Source: Tubiluchus corallicola
Lineage: Eukaryota; Animalia; Priapulida
Assembly (NCBI GenBank): GCA_030141605.1
Contig: JAQGDQ010000770.1
Coordinates: 34,158 to 98,157, forward strand
Length of the DNA: 64,000 nt
Direction: 5' to 3'
The first letter of the stretch is position 1, and each line of letters opens with the position of its first letter. A program made the position numbers and the translations under genes. Below the pieces are notes generated by a model that worked only from the letters and a program-made list of their open reading frames with translations, was not told the DNA's origin and searched no databases. Positions 62,400 through 64,000 of the stretch are shown here, in pieces.

Positions 62400-63114
62400 A
62401 ACTAGCACCTTGTTCAGTTTGGATAAACTAGCACATGGAGGGAGACACGCTTACTTCTGCATGCAGCAGGTGCTGAGTTAAAGGGGTACTGTTGCAACAG
62501 ATATGGTAGTGCTTGCTGTGGCTATATTTAACGAACTGACTGCTGTTGAGTTGTGGGTTACCTTTGGAGCTGGTTCTAGCTTCTGGTACATACCTGTTCA
62601 CCAAATAGTTGCCACGCTTAATCCCAAGCAGCATTTGGTGCTCCGAATCTTCCACGCTTTTACTGGGTGTGACACTGTATCTGCATTTGCGGTACGGGGA
62701 AAAAGACAGCCTGGGAAACCGGAAGCCTGCAATTTCATTTGATGCCAAGCGAAATTCTTGGGGCAATCAATGACACTTATTAGAGAGATTCGTTGTCCTA
62801 ATGTACGACCATACTAGGGGGAGTGCAATAGTTAATGAAGCAAGGAAGCAGCTGTTTACAAAAAAGCAAGGTCTTCGGAAAACATCCCACCAACACACAC
62901 AACCCTAAAACAGCACTTTAAATGCACTTGCTACCAAGCCAATTGTTGGCATCAAGCATTGGTCCTGGACACAGCAATTTTAGAGCCATCTGATTGGGGT
63001 TGGACAAAGGAAAACACTGAGTGGTGGCAACTTATGTGAATCACACTTCCAGAGGCAACAAAATCCTGCCATGCACTTATTCACTTCTGCTGTAAGAAAG
63101 AGGGTAGTGGACGC
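62400..63114 (+). mobile_element. Degraded Academ-like C-terminal (XPG-like nuclease and Cys-rich) fragment
   Basis: ELWVTFGAG..YIPVH, FHAFTGCDTVSAF..RGK, RFVVLMYD, VNEARKQLF, ENIPPT, DWGWTK, TLPEATKSCHALIH.CCKK; frameshifted. Confidence 0.65.
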
Positions 63115-64000
63115 TGTAACATATAGTCATAGATGTAGAACCTTGTACTAAAAGGTTACCCATGTTACTCGTAGATCCTCGTGCTAATAAACACATCATT
63201 TATGCATATCTGACATGGTGTCAGAAGAGGAAATTTAAAAAAAAGGTGAAACAAAGCCTAGGTTAAAAATAAAAACCTTTTTATATGTAAGCTTGAAGAT
63301 GGGCGACCACGATAAACCGTCCATGAACTGGCGAGCACAAAATTTGGATAAAGAATGGAAAAGGTTTAAACAGCATTGTAGCTTCACGTTTAACGGACCA
63401 CTGTCTCAGAAAACAGAGATTGAAAAGGTCAACTACCTTATGACGTATATCGGAGATAAAGGTAGAGAAGTCTATAGCACTTTTAATTTTGCGCCAGCAA
63501 GAGTGGAAGGCGGTAACCAAATTCCCGCAGAAAACCACACACTCGAAGGTGTCTATGCTAAATTTGACGCGTACATAGCTCCAAAAAGAAATGAAATAAG
63601 AGCTACAGTAGCGTTTGCACACAGAAAGCAAGAACAGAATGAAAGATTTGATGATTTCGTTACATCACTAAGAATTCTAGTTAAAAACTGTGGTTTTGAT
63701 GCACTAGAAGAAAGAATGTTACGTGATGCCATTGTGTTGAGGTGCAAAGAATCTATAGTACAAGAAAAATGTCTTGATAAAGGAGACGAACTCACCCTAG
63801 ATATGGCCATTGGCATAGGACAAAATTATGAAATAGCACAAGATAGTATGAAAGCTATCGATGCAGGGTGGGATGAAGATAGTAAAATTCGCAGTGTGCA
63901 TCCCAAACAGAAATCTAAATCAAAATCTACCTACACTAAGAAATCCAAATTTCATGCTAAAACTAAATTTCATGACCAACAACAGTTGCCTAGTAAGAAA
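63115..64000 (+). mobile_element. Gypsy-type LTR retrotransposon, 5' part (LTR 63115-63215, PBS 63216-63230)
   Basis: TGT...ACA LTR containing AATAAA, followed immediately by TGGTGTCAGAAGAGG (tRNA-Leu-type primer binding site) and then a gag ORF. Confidence 0.88.
63299..64000 (+). CDS. gag: Retrotransposon Gag (Mag-like Gypsy), runs off window
   Basis: MGDHDKPSMNWRAQNLDKEWKRFKQH..YLMTYIGDKGREVY..FDAYIAPKRNE..RKQEQNERFDDFVTSLRILVKNCGF..ERMLRDAIV..LTLDMAI: 234 open codons. Missing from the ORF track because it has no stop within the window. Confidence 0.88.
   Translation, partial: MGDHDKPSMNWRAQNLDKEWKRFKQHCSFTFNGPLSQKTEIEKVNYLMTYIGDKGREVYSTFNFAPARVEGGNQIPAENHTLEGVYAKFDAYIAPKRNEIRATVAFAHRKQEQNERFDDFVTSLRILVKNCGFDALEERMLRDAIVLRCKESIVQEKCLDKGDELTLDMAIGIGQNYEIAQDSMKAIDAGWDEDSKIRSVHPKQKSKSKSTYTKKSKFHAKTKFHDQQQLPSKK

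Noticed and set aside
63281-63816. Two minus-strand ORFs at the window end
   Set aside because: Antisense shadows of the plus-strand gag ORF.

Overview
AT-rich, intron-containing animal (invertebrate-like) genomic DNA; no prokaryotic features such as operons or CRISPR arrays. Left to right: (1) a head-to-tail array of four SLCO/OATP transporter paralogs on + sharing one 7-coding-exon layout; copy 1 is cut by the window edge, copies 2 and 4 are intact, copy 3 has two frameshifting deletions. (2) A tandem pair on - encoding a secreted PAN/Apple-like plus pentraxin-domain protein; copy A is intact (338 aa) and copy B is a frameshifted pseudogene. (3) REXO4 on +. (4) An SMKR1-family gene on - whose first coding exon appears to be a lone ATG and which has a long protamine-like Lys/Arg/Ser N-terminal extension. 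(5) A rearranged Academ-like DNA transposon fossil with a young Gypsy-type LTR retrotransposon inserted in it (101-bp LTR, PBS, open gag running off the window). Introns hold MITEs, a solo LTR with heat-shock elements, LINE and SINE fragments, and microsatellites. Gene models were built by hand from GT-AG sites, phase continuity and paralog comparison; family names come from recalled motifs and no database search was run. I cannot show a wholly new system. The best leads are the extended SMKR1, the PAN-pentraxin pair and the diversifying OATP array.
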